Positions 30,182 to 40,499 of a DNA stretch of 64,000 bases are shown piece after piece. The stretch comes from Candidatus Woesearchaeota archaeon (GTDB lineage: Archaea; Nanobdellota; Nanobdellia; Woesearchaeales; UBA11576), in the NCBI GenBank assembly GCA_018668595.1, contig JABJCP010000026.1, positions 323-64,322 of the forward strand, written 5' to 3'. The notes beneath the pieces are model-generated. The model saw only the letters and a list, made by a program, of their open reading frames with translations. It had not been told where the DNA came from and made no database searches. The translations under genes were made by a program, and so were the position numbers. Position 1 is the stretch's first letter. Each line of letters opens with the position of its first letter.

Positions 30182-31258
30182 TTATTCTAATTCTTCTTCA
30201 ATTGCACTCACTACATATTCAGTTAAGTCAAATTTATCTTTATACAATTCTTGTATTCCTCCAAATTGAACTAAACCATTTACTTCAAGCATTAAAGAAA
30301 CATTTTCTTCTCCTCGAAGATTGCTTGGAACATAAACCGCGCCAGGATCATCTCGATAATAAGCCAAGTTGGTTCTAATAAAATCATACCCTATAAAAAA
30401 TAAATTGAGGTGTTCTGAAAGTCGCTTAGAGAATTTTCGTTCTTGTTCATTTGCCCTTGTTGTTTGAACATCCCCATTCACAACTTTGTTTTTTGTTAGA
30501 CTCAAATTGTTAATAGGAGATTCTGCAATTCGTTTCATGGCAACAAAAGATGATCCTCCAATATCTAAAACTCTAATACTTTCACTTTCATTTATAGTAT
30601 TAAATTCATGAGTTGATTTAATATAAGGCTGTCCAATAAGTTCGTAACCAGACATATATTTTTTAAAAAGTTCTTTTAAATCATCAGTATTCAAAGTTTC
30701 ATTTATGTATTTTGTTTCCACACCCTCTACACAACTTATGTCACAAATATACAAAGATCCTTGTTTTTTTGCTTTCAAAACTCCTTTTCCAAGTCCACCA
30801 TATCTATCTTTTATGATTACTCCATTTGAAAAATCATCAGCAGTATCATTAACCCACTTTACTAGTTCTGAAGGTTTATTTTCTAAAGAATATGTTTTAA
30901 TATATGGAATTCTTAATTGCCTAAACACACCGCACATTTTTAATTTGTCACGAAGTATAACCAACCCATCTATAGAATTTAATATTCTCAATTTTTCTTC
31001 TGCACGTCTAAGTTTTTTTACAACATCTTCAACTTCATAATTATCATAATTCTTAATAAGAGAATAAAATAAATTTCTAATCAAAAGAACTGAATTATCA
31101 CATTCTTTAATTTTTTTTAATCGTCGAGGAAGCGATCTACGATTCCAAATTTCTGCTTCTAAACCTCTATCATTTAAAGAATTAAACAAATCTAATTCTT
31201 GACAATTATTTTTTTTGCTTCCAAAAATTATCACTTTCTTTTTTTTATTTATTTGCAT
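30182..31258 (-). CDS. RimK-like ATP-grasp ligase
   Basis: DKLKM...IPYIKT, IIKDRYGGLGKGV, QPYI, IRVL, GYDFI and LEVNG. Confidence 0.85.
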   Translation of the reverse strand: MQINKKKKVIIFGSKKNNCQELDLFNSLNDRGLEAEIWNRRSLPRRLKKIKECDNSVLLIRNLFYSLIKNYDNYEVEDVVKKLRRAEEKLRILNSIDGLVILRDKLKMCGVFRQLRIPYIKTYSLENKPSELVKWVNDTADDFSNGVIIKDRYGGLGKGVLKAKKQGSLYICDISCVEGVETKYINETLNTDDLKELFKKYMSGYELIGQPYIKSTHEFNTINESESIRVLDIGGSSFVAMKRIAESPINNLSLTKNKVVNGDVQTTRANEQERKFSKRLSEHLNLFFIGYDFIRTNLAYYRDDPGAVYVPSNLRGEENVSLMLEVNGLVQFGGIQELYKDKFDLTEYVVSAIEEELE

Positions 31259-31314
31259 TTTAGCCCTCCCAAAAAAGCATAAAAAATTTGCAACACATCA
31301 ATTTAATTGTTCAT

Positions 31315-32481
31315 TTATTTTATACACCTCAAACCCAATTCTTTAACAATATATTTGTCTAAAACATTGTGATTAATATTAATTCCAATTCCTTTCTCCA
31401 CTGGTCGAGTCGCATAAGGAATTAATGGAGTGAATTTTAATTTTGGTTGAGTGGGATTTTCAACAAACGTTCCACTTCTAGGTTTTCCTGTTGTAAAATA
31501 ATCAAGTTCAGGTAATGCAAATTCTATGTGCCTTGCAAAACCTGCAAAAATATCTGTAACTGTTGTTGCCCCACAATAAGTTTGTAATCCTGCAGCTTTT
31601 GCTTTTTTTATTTGTTTTTTTGTTTCTTCAAAACTTCCTAACTTCATTATTTTCAAATTGACAGCATCTGCACAACCCATATCAATAGTTTTATCTAAAT
31701 CAGCACCTGTTTGTACAGACTCGTCAAGCATTATAGGAATATTAGTATATTCTTTTAATTTTCTATGGCCTTCATAATCACTAGCAATTAAGGGTTGTTC
31801 TAACATCATTATATTAAGATCTTTAAATTTTTCAACATATGTTTTTGCTTGTTCTAATGTCCACGCTTGATTTACATCAAGCCACAGTCCAAAATCATTT
31901 CCTAAAACTCGACGAACATAACTTATCCGCCCATATTCTTGATCAAAACTTAATTCTCCTGCTTTTATTCTAACTATATTAAATCCATTTTTTTTTGCTC
32001 GCTTTAAGCTGCGAATAAATTTTTCACCAGAAGCATCACTATTTGCAAATCCGCAATATGAAATTCGAGGTTTAGACTCAGTTATATCATACTTATTAGA
32101 TAAAAAATCACAAAGAGGTAGCTGTTCTTGTTTGCTAATAAGATCTAAAAGCGCCATTTCCATTCCAAGATTTGCTGCAGGACTAAAACCTAAATGATTC
32201 AAAAGTTCCCACGCATATTTTGGTTCTTCTCCAATTATGTAATTAGAAATTAATTCCAATTCAGATAATGTCTGCTCAAGTGTTTCTCCAGTTATATGTT
32301 TTCTTGGTGCACTTTCTCCTGTTCCAATACTGACTCCAGGATCTTCGTTATCTAAACATAAATCAGAATTAACTATTTCTATAAAAATACCATTAGCAGA
32401 ATTTTGTACAGCCCTACTTGTTTTGAATGGATATTTTCTAGGTATTTTTGCAGGATATAACCTGACCTCCCTTATTATCAT
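31315..32481 (-). CDS. Enolase-superfamily enzyme, dipeptide (L-Ala-D/L-Glu) epimerase-like
   Basis: GTGESAP...TGET, RIKAG, LDVNQAW, EQP, DES and NLKIMK metal/catalytic motifs. Confidence 0.85.
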   Translation of the reverse strand: MIIREVRLYPAKIPRKYPFKTSRAVQNSANGIFIEIVNSDLCLDNEDPGVSIGTGESAPRKHITGETLEQTLSELELISNYIIGEEPKYAWELLNHLGFSPAANLGMEMALLDLISKQEQLPLCDFLSNKYDITESKPRISYCGFANSDASGEKFIRSLKRAKKNGFNIVRIKAGELSFDQEYGRISYVRRVLGNDFGLWLDVNQAWTLEQAKTYVEKFKDLNIMMLEQPLIASDYEGHRKLKEYTNIPIMLDESVQTGADLDKTIDMGCADAVNLKIMKLGSFEETKKQIKKAKAAGLQTYCGATTVTDIFAGFARHIEFALPELDYFTTGKPRSGTFVENPTQPKLKFTPLIPYATRPVEKGIGININHNVLDKYIVKELGLRCIK

Positions 32482-32685
32482 TTGCGCCCTTCTCCTAAAC
32501 TATCAAACCACAGACAAATTGCCCAGTAGCACATACATACATTCGACATATTTAAACTTAATTCGTCTAGAGTATACAAATTATACAACTTATAAAGTTT
32601 CAATTATAAATGACTAACAAAAATAATCCCTATTTCTAAACTAAAACATACAAATACACCCTTAGATTAACTACTGAATAAGGGT

Positions 32686-32707
32686 AAAAAAGCGAAACTT
32701 TTATAAA
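32686..32707 (+). promoter_or_regulatory. Archaeal BRE/TATA promoter of the paralogue array
   Basis: AAAAAGCGAAACTTTTATAAA about 70 bp upstream of ATG 32774. Confidence 0.55.
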
Positions 32708-32773
32708 TGCCGCACCTATTACTAGATATATTATAATTATAAAATCATAATAACACAGAAGAAGGGCGTTTAA

Positions 32774-33565
32774 ATGAAAGGGAGTCAAGATCTAGTTGGA
32801 AAAATAGAATCAATAAAAAGAAGCGCAAATATGCGACAAGTGTTAGCTGATCTAGCAAACGCAGATCCTATGTATGCATTCAATGTACCTCCCAGAATGG
32901 TTATGGCTTATTCTGATAAACAATTAAAATCATATTTAGATGAAGTTTATTCTCAAGAATTTTTTGTGTTTGAAGATCCAAATGATATTGCAAAATACGC
33001 AAAACCTAATGACAGAGTTATTAAAAAAGGTGTTAAAGAATTATTTGAAACAGTATTAGCACACGATCAAGAAGGAAAAGTTACAGAACGAAATACAGAT
33101 TCACAAAAAAAAGTTAGTGTAAATTTTGGTAATAAAACATATTTAATTCCAAGAGATAATCTAAGAATTCCAATAAAAAAAGGATTCATCAACACAAAAG
33201 TTATTGAACGAAAACCAATTCACCAAACAAATGCACTAAATCGTGGCGTTGTTGTTAGTTATGCAGGTAAAGAAATAAGAAAAACAACTTTATATGTTCC
33301 GCATAAATCAGAAGGAATAATAATGCATATTTCTACAAATACTAAAACAAACTCTCCCCTTATAGGTAGCATGTTTATTGCTTGGTTAGATACTGAAAAT
33401 GTGATTCAACACATAAATGAAACAACCCACAGATCTGATTATGGACCTATTTTTAGCGGCATCGTACATTCATATTGGTTCAAACCTAACGAATTAAAAC
33501 TGATTGTAAAAAATAAAGTTCCTTATCAACAAATTTATTCTACACAATTTGAAGACGGTGTTTAA
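32774..33565 (+). CDS. Uncharacterised tandem paralogue 1 of 6
   Basis: Shared N-terminal motif D..(Y/F).(F/Y)NVP...Y.D..L..YL..VYS.EF and C-terminal F(K)P.ELKLIVKN...Y. Confidence 0.85.
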   Translation: MKGSQDLVGKIESIKRSANMRQVLADLANADPMYAFNVPPRMVMAYSDKQLKSYLDEVYSQEFFVFEDPNDIAKYAKPNDRVIKKGVKELFETVLAHDQEGKVTERNTDSQKKVSVNFGNKTYLIPRDNLRIPIKKGFINTKVIERKPIHQTNALNRGVVVSYAGKEIRKTTLYVPHKSEGIIMHISTNTKTNSPLIGSMFIAWLDTENVIQHINETTHRSDYGPIFSGIVHSYWFKPNELKLIVKNKVPYQQIYSTQFEDGV

Positions 33566-34381
33566 ATGACTACAAATAATACAACAGAATTAGGATCATT
33601 TGTAAAAAAAGAAGCTAGAAAACCAGGAGTGGTTAAACTTCTAGAAGCATTAAAAGAAAAAGATGAACTGTTTAATTATAATGTTCCTGCAACAATTTTA
33701 AATGAATATAACGATACAGATCTTATTTCTCACTTAGACAAAATTTATTCTAAACCTGAATTTGCTTTTGATGATCCAGAACTTATTTCAAGATTCATTA
33801 AAGTTGGTTCTAGAGTTGTAAAAAAAGGTGCACTTGAAAACAGAGTTACATTACTAGAAGTAAGAACTCAAGGAAGAATATTCGAAGAGGAATTTGGACG
33901 CGAACTTTATTTTGCAAAAGATTTCTACTCTCCTAGATTTAGACTAGATACTCCTAAAAACAGAAAAAAATACCTTAATTCAAATTTAATACATCCTGCT
34001 CAATTCACTGTTACCGGTAAAAAAGGAGCTTTCAGAACAAAAAAAATAGATCCAATTAAACTAAACGAGTATGGAGAAGTAGAAAAAAATTTGTTTGTTT
34101 TTTATACAGGAAAACCAGTAACTCAAGTAACAACAAGCATCCCTGATAAATCTAAAGGATTGGTAATGGGAATGTATAGACGAACTGATGAACATCAATT
34201 GTCTATAGTATGGGAAGAAAATCCTGGAGTGGTTAATGGAATAAATTCAAACACTCGCAATTACACTCTTAATTCATGCTCATCAAATACAAGATTACAA
34301 CCCAAAGATATCCAACTCATCAAACCAAATAATACTAATTATGCACATCTAAAAAAAGAATGCTTAGGATTAGATCAATAA
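33566..34381 (+). CDS. Uncharacterised tandem paralogue 2 of 6
   Basis: RKPGVVKLLEALKEKDELFNYNVP...LISHLDKIYSKPEF; C-terminal QPKDIQLIKPNN..Y. Confidence 0.85.
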   Translation: MTTNNTTELGSFVKKEARKPGVVKLLEALKEKDELFNYNVPATILNEYNDTDLISHLDKIYSKPEFAFDDPELISRFIKVGSRVVKKGALENRVTLLEVRTQGRIFEEEFGRELYFAKDFYSPRFRLDTPKNRKKYLNSNLIHPAQFTVTGKKGAFRTKKIDPIKLNEYGEVEKNLFVFYTGKPVTQVTTSIPDKSKGLVMGMYRRTDEHQLSIVWEENPGVVNGINSNTRNYTLNSCSSNTRLQPKDIQLIKPNNTNYAHLKKECLGLDQ

Positions 34382-34393
34382 GGTGAATAAAAA

Positions 34394-35152
34394 ATGACAA
34401 ACACGGATTCAGATAACCTCGATACAATTGTAATCACGACTAAAAGAAAACCAGGAATAGTCAAACTTCTAGAAGCACTAAAAAAACAAGATGAAATATT
34501 TAATTATAACGTGCCTCCTGTAGCTCGAACAACATTTGATGACGATACACTTCTAAAACATTTAGAACAAATTTACTCAGAAGATAATTTCGTTGTTGAA
34601 GACCCTATTTTACTCTGGCAATATGCGAGAACAGGATTAATGGTTGAAGCAACTACAGACATAGAAGATAGCCAAGAACTTGTAAACACAAATGATCAGG
34701 GAAAAATATCTCATGTATATAGTAAAGAAACAGTTGTGATTAAAATAAACAAAAAAAACGTTCATGTTTCTAAAAAAGATATTGTAGTTCTATGCGAGCC
34801 TGGTTTCTTCACAAAGCCACATAACATTCCAAAAAAATCAGATGATGTTGAATTAAAAAAAGGACAAGAAGTTCAGTATAAAGGAAAACCAATAAAAGAT
34901 ATTAAAAGTTTAATCTGCAGAGGATCAAAAGGCGTTATTTCAGATAAAGTTAGAATAAACAGAGAAGACTGGTTTTTTGTTACTTGGCTAGATAATCCTG
35001 AAAATAAATTCAAAACAACTAGAAAAATAGGAGAATACGGTTATGTTGGAACTAGACCTTCAATATTTGCAAAAGCTGCCTATGTAAAACTTTTTGTTCC
35101 GAATAGAATTAATTATCATGAACTTTATCAACAGTGTGTAAGAGGTAAGTAA
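34394..35152 (+). CDS. Uncharacterised tandem paralogue 3 of 6
   Basis: RKPGIVKLLEALKKQDEIFNYNVP...LLKHLEQIYS; GGTGA RBS. Confidence 0.85.
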   Translation: MTNTDSDNLDTIVITTKRKPGIVKLLEALKKQDEIFNYNVPPVARTTFDDDTLLKHLEQIYSEDNFVVEDPILLWQYARTGLMVEATTDIEDSQELVNTNDQGKISHVYSKETVVIKINKKNVHVSKKDIVVLCEPGFFTKPHNIPKKSDDVELKKGQEVQYKGKPIKDIKSLICRGSKGVISDKVRINREDWFFVTWLDNPENKFKTTRKIGEYGYVGTRPSIFAKAAYVKLFVPNRINYHELYQQCVRGK

Positions 35153-35158
35153 AATAAA

Positions 35159-35995
35159 ATGAGCGATCCACATTTACTAAAAGAAGACAGAGAAAAAGAG
35201 TCAAAATCTCAAAAACCAAAAGTAAGAAAACCAGGACTAGAAAAACTAATTACAACACTAAAAGAAAAAGATAAATTATTCGAATTTAATGTTCCTTCAC
35301 AATTATTAAAATTATACGACGACAAAGCACTTCTTGCACATTTAGAAACTGTTTATTCTCAAAAAGAATTTATTATTGATGATGCAGATAACGTAAAAAA
35401 ATATGCACGTGCAGGAGACTTTGTTCTAAAAAAAGAACGATGGGAAACAACTAAAGTAATTGTAAAGACTTGCGAAACAGGAGTTGTAAAAAATAAAGAC
35501 GGAAAATTTTATGTTCAATTTAAAAAAAGCAGTTATTGGATTGAAAGCGACGATAAACTAATAAATCAAAAAAACCTAAAAGTTATTTCTGAACCAAAAA
35601 GTTTAGGTCGTAAACAAAAATATGATTCAAAACCTACATTAAACACATTTGAACAAATTAAAAAAGGAATGATTGTTGAGTACAGTGGAAAACCCCTTGA
35701 AGAAGATAAAAAATATGTTAGTAATGGTGCACGAGGAGTTATAGTAATGATTGATAAAAATCTAAGCGATGAAAAAGGAAATCCTATAGGCGAACACGAT
35801 CATCAAAAAAGAAATCCTATGTTCATAACATGGCTTGCAGGAGAAGATTGTAAACTAACAACATGGCAAGGTTATAATTCTGAAAAATTTTCATATTACC
35901 CAGACAAACTTTTTTATCCAAAAGATGTTCAACTTATCAAGAAAAATAATATTGACTATCAAGCACTTTACAAAACACACGTAATAAGGGAATAA
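35159..35995 (+). CDS. Uncharacterised tandem paralogue 4 of 6
   Basis: RKPGLEKLITTLKEKDKLFEFNVP...LLAHLETVYSQKEF; C-terminal FYPKDVQLIKKNN..Y. Confidence 0.85.
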   Translation: MSDPHLLKEDREKESKSQKPKVRKPGLEKLITTLKEKDKLFEFNVPSQLLKLYDDKALLAHLETVYSQKEFIIDDADNVKKYARAGDFVLKKERWETTKVIVKTCETGVVKNKDGKFYVQFKKSSYWIESDDKLINQKNLKVISEPKSLGRKQKYDSKPTLNTFEQIKKGMIVEYSGKPLEEDKKYVSNGARGVIVMIDKNLSDEKGNPIGEHDHQKRNPMFITWLAGEDCKLTTWQGYNSEKFSYYPDKLFYPKDVQLIKKNNIDYQALYKTHVIRE

Positions 35996-36033
35996 AACAA
36001 TGAAAAAATATCAATTAAACAAATACTATTAAA

Positions 36034-36855
36034 ATGACAGAACTAGATTTTTTAGAAACAAAAGTGCAAGAACAAGTACCAAGAAAGAATACTCTAGAAG
36101 AATTGCTAAAAAAATTAAAACAAAAAGACAGATTATTTGACTATAATGTTCCTGAGACAATAATAAAGTTATACAATGACCATCAATTATTAGATCATTT
36201 AAAAATAGTATATGCTCAACCCGAATTTATTGTTGACGATCCTCGAGTTGTTAGAGATAACTCATCTAATAATGACATAGTTATTAAAAAAGGATACGTT
36301 GAAACAAAAAAAACAGTACTTACCAAAAACACAAACGGAACAATCAAAAGAGAGTGTGACAACTTATATGCTATTTTTAATGGAATTAAATTTTTAATTA
36401 GTGAAGGAGAAATCAAAGAAGGAGAAAGAAAGATTGCTAAAAACGACATTCAAATATATTCCAAAAAAAGAGCAATTGGATCTAAAAAATACAACCCTCC
36501 GATAAACGCTATGGAATATAAAGAAAAATTAACTGAAAAATCATCAATAAAATACATAGGACCAGAAAAAAAAGAAAGAGATCAATATGTAGATAATGGA
36601 ACTAAAGGAATTATTGTTTTTAATAATTATAATACGAAAAATAATAGAGGAACGCATGGAGATAAATTATTCATTACTTGGATTGCAGGACAAGAAAAAA
36701 AATTCTCTACACACAATTACCTGCAAAATAAAAATGGTGACTTCAAATATTATCCCAAATTATTTTTTAAACCCGAAGATATTAAATTAGTCGTTAAAAA
36801 CAATATCGATTTTGATAAATTATATGAACAAGTATTAAACAAACAACAACAATAA
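36034..36855 (+). CDS. Uncharacterised tandem paralogue 5 of 6
   Basis: LEELLKKLKQKDRLFDYNVP...LLDHLKIVYAQPEF; C-terminal FFKPEDIKLVVKNN. Confidence 0.85.
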   Translation: MTELDFLETKVQEQVPRKNTLEELLKKLKQKDRLFDYNVPETIIKLYNDHQLLDHLKIVYAQPEFIVDDPRVVRDNSSNNDIVIKKGYVETKKTVLTKNTNGTIKRECDNLYAIFNGIKFLISEGEIKEGERKIAKNDIQIYSKKRAIGSKKYNPPINAMEYKEKLTEKSSIKYIGPEKKERDQYVDNGTKGIIVFNNYNTKNNRGTHGDKLFITWIAGQEKKFSTHNYLQNKNGDFKYYPKLFFKPEDIKLVVKNNIDFDKLYEQVLNKQQQ

Positions 36856-36893
36856 AAAAAAAAAAAAAAACTAATCAGACAAATACAATTAAA

Positions 36894-37673
36894 ATGACAG
36901 ATCCACAATTACTAACAGATGAATGCAAAGAAGCAAATCAACTTCATAGCGACGGGCTTAAGTCTTTATTAGAAAAATTAGAAAAAGAAGATACTTTATT
37001 TAAACATAATGTTCCTGAATCAATCATTTCGTTATATTCTGAAACTGAACTTATCCAATATCTAGATCGCGTTTATTCTCAACCAGAATTTATTGTTGAA
37101 TCTGAGAAAACAATTAATGATCATGCCAAAGAAGGATGTAAAGTTATAGCAAAAAAAGATATAGAACTTAGTAAATTGCTTTCACCCATCAAAGGAGATA
37201 CAGGATTTGTTGAAGAGAATACTAGTTGCGAAAGTGTTTACGTAAAGTTTAGAGATCTTAGCATAAATCGTAAAGACAAAGTTAGGTCAGTTCATAAAAG
37301 TGATCTTGTGGTTTATGGAAGAAAAATAATGGGAGTTTCTAAAACATTTAAAGAATCTAAACCTGCTACAGCATATAAAAAACTTAAAAAAAATATGTTA
37401 ATGGAATATGTAGGAGAAAACAGAAAACACTTACTTAAATTTATTCCAAAAAATACAGAAGGAATAATAATGCGAAAAGGATATGGTTGGAATGTAGTAA
37501 TTGCTTGGCGCAAAAATAAAACAGTTAAACTTCAATATAATTCACTAGCTGCATTACAACACGGAGACAAATATGCCGATTCATTTGACAATTTAAAACT
37601 TCTAATTAAAAACGAAGTTCCTTATCGAAAACTAAAACATACTTGTTTAACTGATAATAAACTAACTGCCTAA
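36894..37673 (+). CDS. Uncharacterised tandem paralogue 6 of 6
   Basis: GLKSLLEKLEKEDTLFKHNVP...LIQYLDRVYSQPEF; C-terminal LKLLIKNEVPY. Confidence 0.85.
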   Translation: MTDPQLLTDECKEANQLHSDGLKSLLEKLEKEDTLFKHNVPESIISLYSETELIQYLDRVYSQPEFIVESEKTINDHAKEGCKVIAKKDIELSKLLSPIKGDTGFVEENTSCESVYVKFRDLSINRKDKVRSVHKSDLVVYGRKIMGVSKTFKESKPATAYKKLKKNMLMEYVGENRKHLLKFIPKNTEGIIMRKGYGWNVVIAWRKNKTVKLQYNSLAALQHGDKYADSFDNLKLLIKNEVPYRKLKHTCLTDNKLTA

Positions 37674-37701
37674 ATAAAAAGAAAAAACAAAAAAAAACTA
37701 T

Positions 37702-38769
37702 TCACTTTTTAACATGAACAGTTCTTGTCGGGAACGGTATCCCAATCTTTGCTTTGTTAAGCGCATCATATATCATACATGTTGCTTTTTCTTTAGTTTC
37801 ATATCTTTCTGAAATATTTTTTACCCAAAACTTTGCTTCGAAAAGTAGTGCAGAATCACCCATTGATGTAAACACAACTACAGGTGCCGGATCATCAAGC
37901 ATATTACTAATTTTTGCAACAGTATCTAAAACTAGTTTTTTAACTTTCTCGTGTTTTGTTCCATACTCAACACCAAAAGAAACCACAACTCTTGCAGATA
38001 ATGTTGGTTGGTTATAATTTGTAACTCGGCCATTTGCTAGTTGTCCATTCGGAATAATCATAAGTTCATTATTGAATGTTCTAACTCGCGTACTTCGAAT
38101 TCCAATGTCATCAACAACTCCTTTTATTCCTGATTCAAGTTCTATCATATCACCTACTTGAAATGCTTTATCAAAAAGAAGAGATATTCCTCCAAAAATA
38201 TTTGCAAGACTATCTTTTATTGCAAAGCCAATTGCAATTCCTGCAATTCCTACTCCTGCAAGTAAACCAGTAACATCTACATTCCATAATTTTAAAATCC
38301 AAATCACTGCAAATATTATAAATATTGCATTAATAATTTTTTTAGAAAGAGGCAATAAAGCATCGTCTATTGTTGATGCTGTTTTTTTAGCCCATCTATG
38401 GCCAAAGTGATCAATCACCACTCTAAAAACTCTCGAGACTATAACTACTGCCAATATTATTAATGCTGAATAAATTGCAGTGCCTACAATAAAATTAATT
38501 AATCCTCCTAATTGCAAATAATTAAATCCTAAAAATAAACCTATAACCATAATAAAATAAGTCAACGGTCCTCTTACTGCTTCTACAAGATTATCATCTA
38601 GTTTTGTTTTAGTTTTTTCAGCAAATCCGACAACAATTCTTTCTACCACAAAAACAAATAACTTCATCAATATAAAGAATGTCAAAAAAATAACAAATGC
38701 ATAAAAATAGTTATTCTGCAAAGCAGGAATAGATATAAATAATTCATTTAGTGTTGTTGTAATATTCAT
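37702..38769 (-). CDS. mscS: Small-conductance mechanosensitive channel
   Basis: TM helices, GIAGIAIGFAIKDSLANIFGG, FQVGDMI, IGIRSTRV, IPNG and GIPFPTRTV. Confidence 0.93.
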   Translation of the reverse strand: MNITTTLNELFISIPALQNNYFYAFVIFLTFFILMKLFVFVVERIVVGFAEKTKTKLDDNLVEAVRGPLTYFIMVIGLFLGFNYLQLGGLINFIVGTAIYSALIILAVVIVSRVFRVVIDHFGHRWAKKTASTIDDALLPLSKKIINAIFIIFAVIWILKLWNVDVTGLLAGVGIAGIAIGFAIKDSLANIFGGISLLFDKAFQVGDMIELESGIKGVVDDIGIRSTRVRTFNNELMIIPNGQLANGRVTNYNQPTLSARVVVSFGVEYGTKHEKVKKLVLDTVAKISNMLDDPAPVVVFTSMGDSALLFEAKFWVKNISERYETKEKATCMIYDALNKAKIGIPFPTRTVHVKK

Positions 38770-39109
38770 ATTATCACCCCATATTTAACAGTTAAAAAGT
38801 TATTTGTTTAAAAATTTTGTGTAGATAACTTTGAATAATTGGTTTTTGAAAATAAACAGTTAATTAAAATCATCAAATTCAAAGTTCTCTCTGAAAATTT
38901 TATCAAATTTAATTATTATATGTAAAATTATCTATAACATTGTAAAGTTAGTGCAAAAAATAAAGTGAAATTTATTCAAATATGACAAAATCACCACCAA
39001 AAATTATATAAATGACTACTTCAAAATAACACTTAAAGATAATAATCTAAATAAAAGAAGTGTTGAGATAAGTATAACTATCAATAATTAATTTTAAGAG
39101 GTAATTTTA

Positions 39110-39688
39110 ATGCCCAGCATAGACCTATTAGTTGAACATGCACAAGTCCCTACAATATTTGCACAATACAGAATAGAAGTAATTGGTACTGGAAAGAATA
39201 AAACCGCACATTTGTACCACAGAGATACGATTTACAGAAAACACGATTCTGATGATGGGTTCCATAACCTTAATTCAGATAAAAAAATAGAGCTATTAAA
39301 AAAATATAGCGTTAGAGATTTTTACAAATTACTAAAAATTATGACTCGCTCTTATAATTTCACAGCAACAGGTCAACTTGAACATATGATGATTGTCGAC
39401 GGAGATTTCACAGATTCTGATTTTAGATGGAACAAAGCAGAAAAAATCGTTAATCAATATGGTAATCAAAGTGAACATAGATTTAAATTATCCGCTTATG
39501 TTGATGCAAAAAAAGTTTATGATGAATTAACAGAATTACAAAAAAACGCAAAACTTGTTAAAAAAAAAGAAGGTTTTGATTTATACATTTCAGCATTAAA
39601 GCCAGTAATAAACGTGGGAAAAACGATTTTAGAAAACGAAAGATCAAAAAGAAAATTATATAGTCAAAGAAAAAAACTGCTTTTATAA
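39110..39688 (+). CDS. Hypothetical protein
   Basis: 192-aa ORF; GAGGT RBS. Confidence 0.7.
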   Translation: MPSIDLLVEHAQVPTIFAQYRIEVIGTGKNKTAHLYHRDTIYRKHDSDDGFHNLNSDKKIELLKKYSVRDFYKLLKIMTRSYNFTATGQLEHMMIVDGDFTDSDFRWNKAEKIVNQYGNQSEHRFKLSAYVDAKKVYDELTELQKNAKLVKKKEGFDLYISALKPVINVGKTILENERSKRKLYSQRKKLLL

Positions 39689-39752
39689 AATTCTGATTTT
39701 ACAAAATTCTTATACAATATTAAATGAATAATTCAAAGAATAAATATTAAAC

Positions 39753-40499
39753 TTATGCAGCTGCTTGAGTTGATTCTACAACTTCTTCAGGTGCTACTTT
39801 TTCAACAGACTTTTCTTCAGACACTTTTTCATCTGCTACCAGCTCAGGTTTAGCTTCTAGTTCAGGAGTTGTTTCAGGTTCTGATTTAACTGCAGGTTCT
39901 ACCTTAACTTCTTCTTGTTTCTCTTCTTTTTTAATTTCCTTCTTAGCTTCTGCAACAGGTTTTTCTTGATTTGGAAGAGGGTTTTCAAAAACTTCTAATG
40001 AGCATGGACAAGGAAGTTTTGATGCTGCTCGTTTCAATCCAATTTTTGAAGGTGCAACTCCTGCTTTTCCTAGATATACTTGAATTAAAGGTTGACCATA
40101 TTTTATTTGTGCTGCAACTCCTATACATTTTCCAAAGCTACATTTCATCCCTGTACTCATACGATCTGCTCCAGCTCCACTAGCTAAAGGATTCTCTCTT
40201 AGAATATGATGTGGAAATACTCTTAGTTGAATTCTAAATTCACCCTTTCCAACTTTCTTAACTAAATATCTGTTTATAGTCTGCCTTGCAGCTTCGAGTG
40301 CATTGTCTCTAATCTGCAAATTAGCCTTTGATTTAAGAAGAACGCACATCGGGAAGTGCTTTCTAAGATTACCCATATCATAAAGAACTATTTTACTATT
40401 AGGCCTCGCTCTAACGTAGCTTTTGTTTCTAAACTTACTAACTCGTGTGTAAGGACGTTCAAGCCTTCTATATGCCGCAAATTTTCTTATTCTCGCCAT
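39753..40499 (-). CDS. rpl10e: 50S ribosomal protein L10e (uL16) with acidic C-terminal extension
   Basis: YRRLERPYTR, QIRDNALEAAR, FPHHILREN, GADRMSTGM and AASKLPC. Confidence 0.96.
   Translation of the reverse strand: MARIRKFAAYRRLERPYTRVSKFRNKSYVRARPNSKIVLYDMGNLRKHFPMCVLLKSKANLQIRDNALEAARQTINRYLVKKVGKGEFRIQLRVFPHHILRENPLASGAGADRMSTGMKCSFGKCIGVAAQIKYGQPLIQVYLGKAGVAPSKIGLKRAASKLPCPCSLEVFENPLPNQEKPVAEAKKEIKKEEKQEEVKVEPAVKSEPETTPELEAKPELVADEKVSEEKSVEKVAPEEVVESTQAAA

Noticed and set aside
32774-37673. Diversity-generating retroelement targets
   Set aside because: No reverse transcriptase, no near-identical TR/VR nucleotide pair differing at adenines, and no C-type-lectin-like C-terminus were seen in the window.
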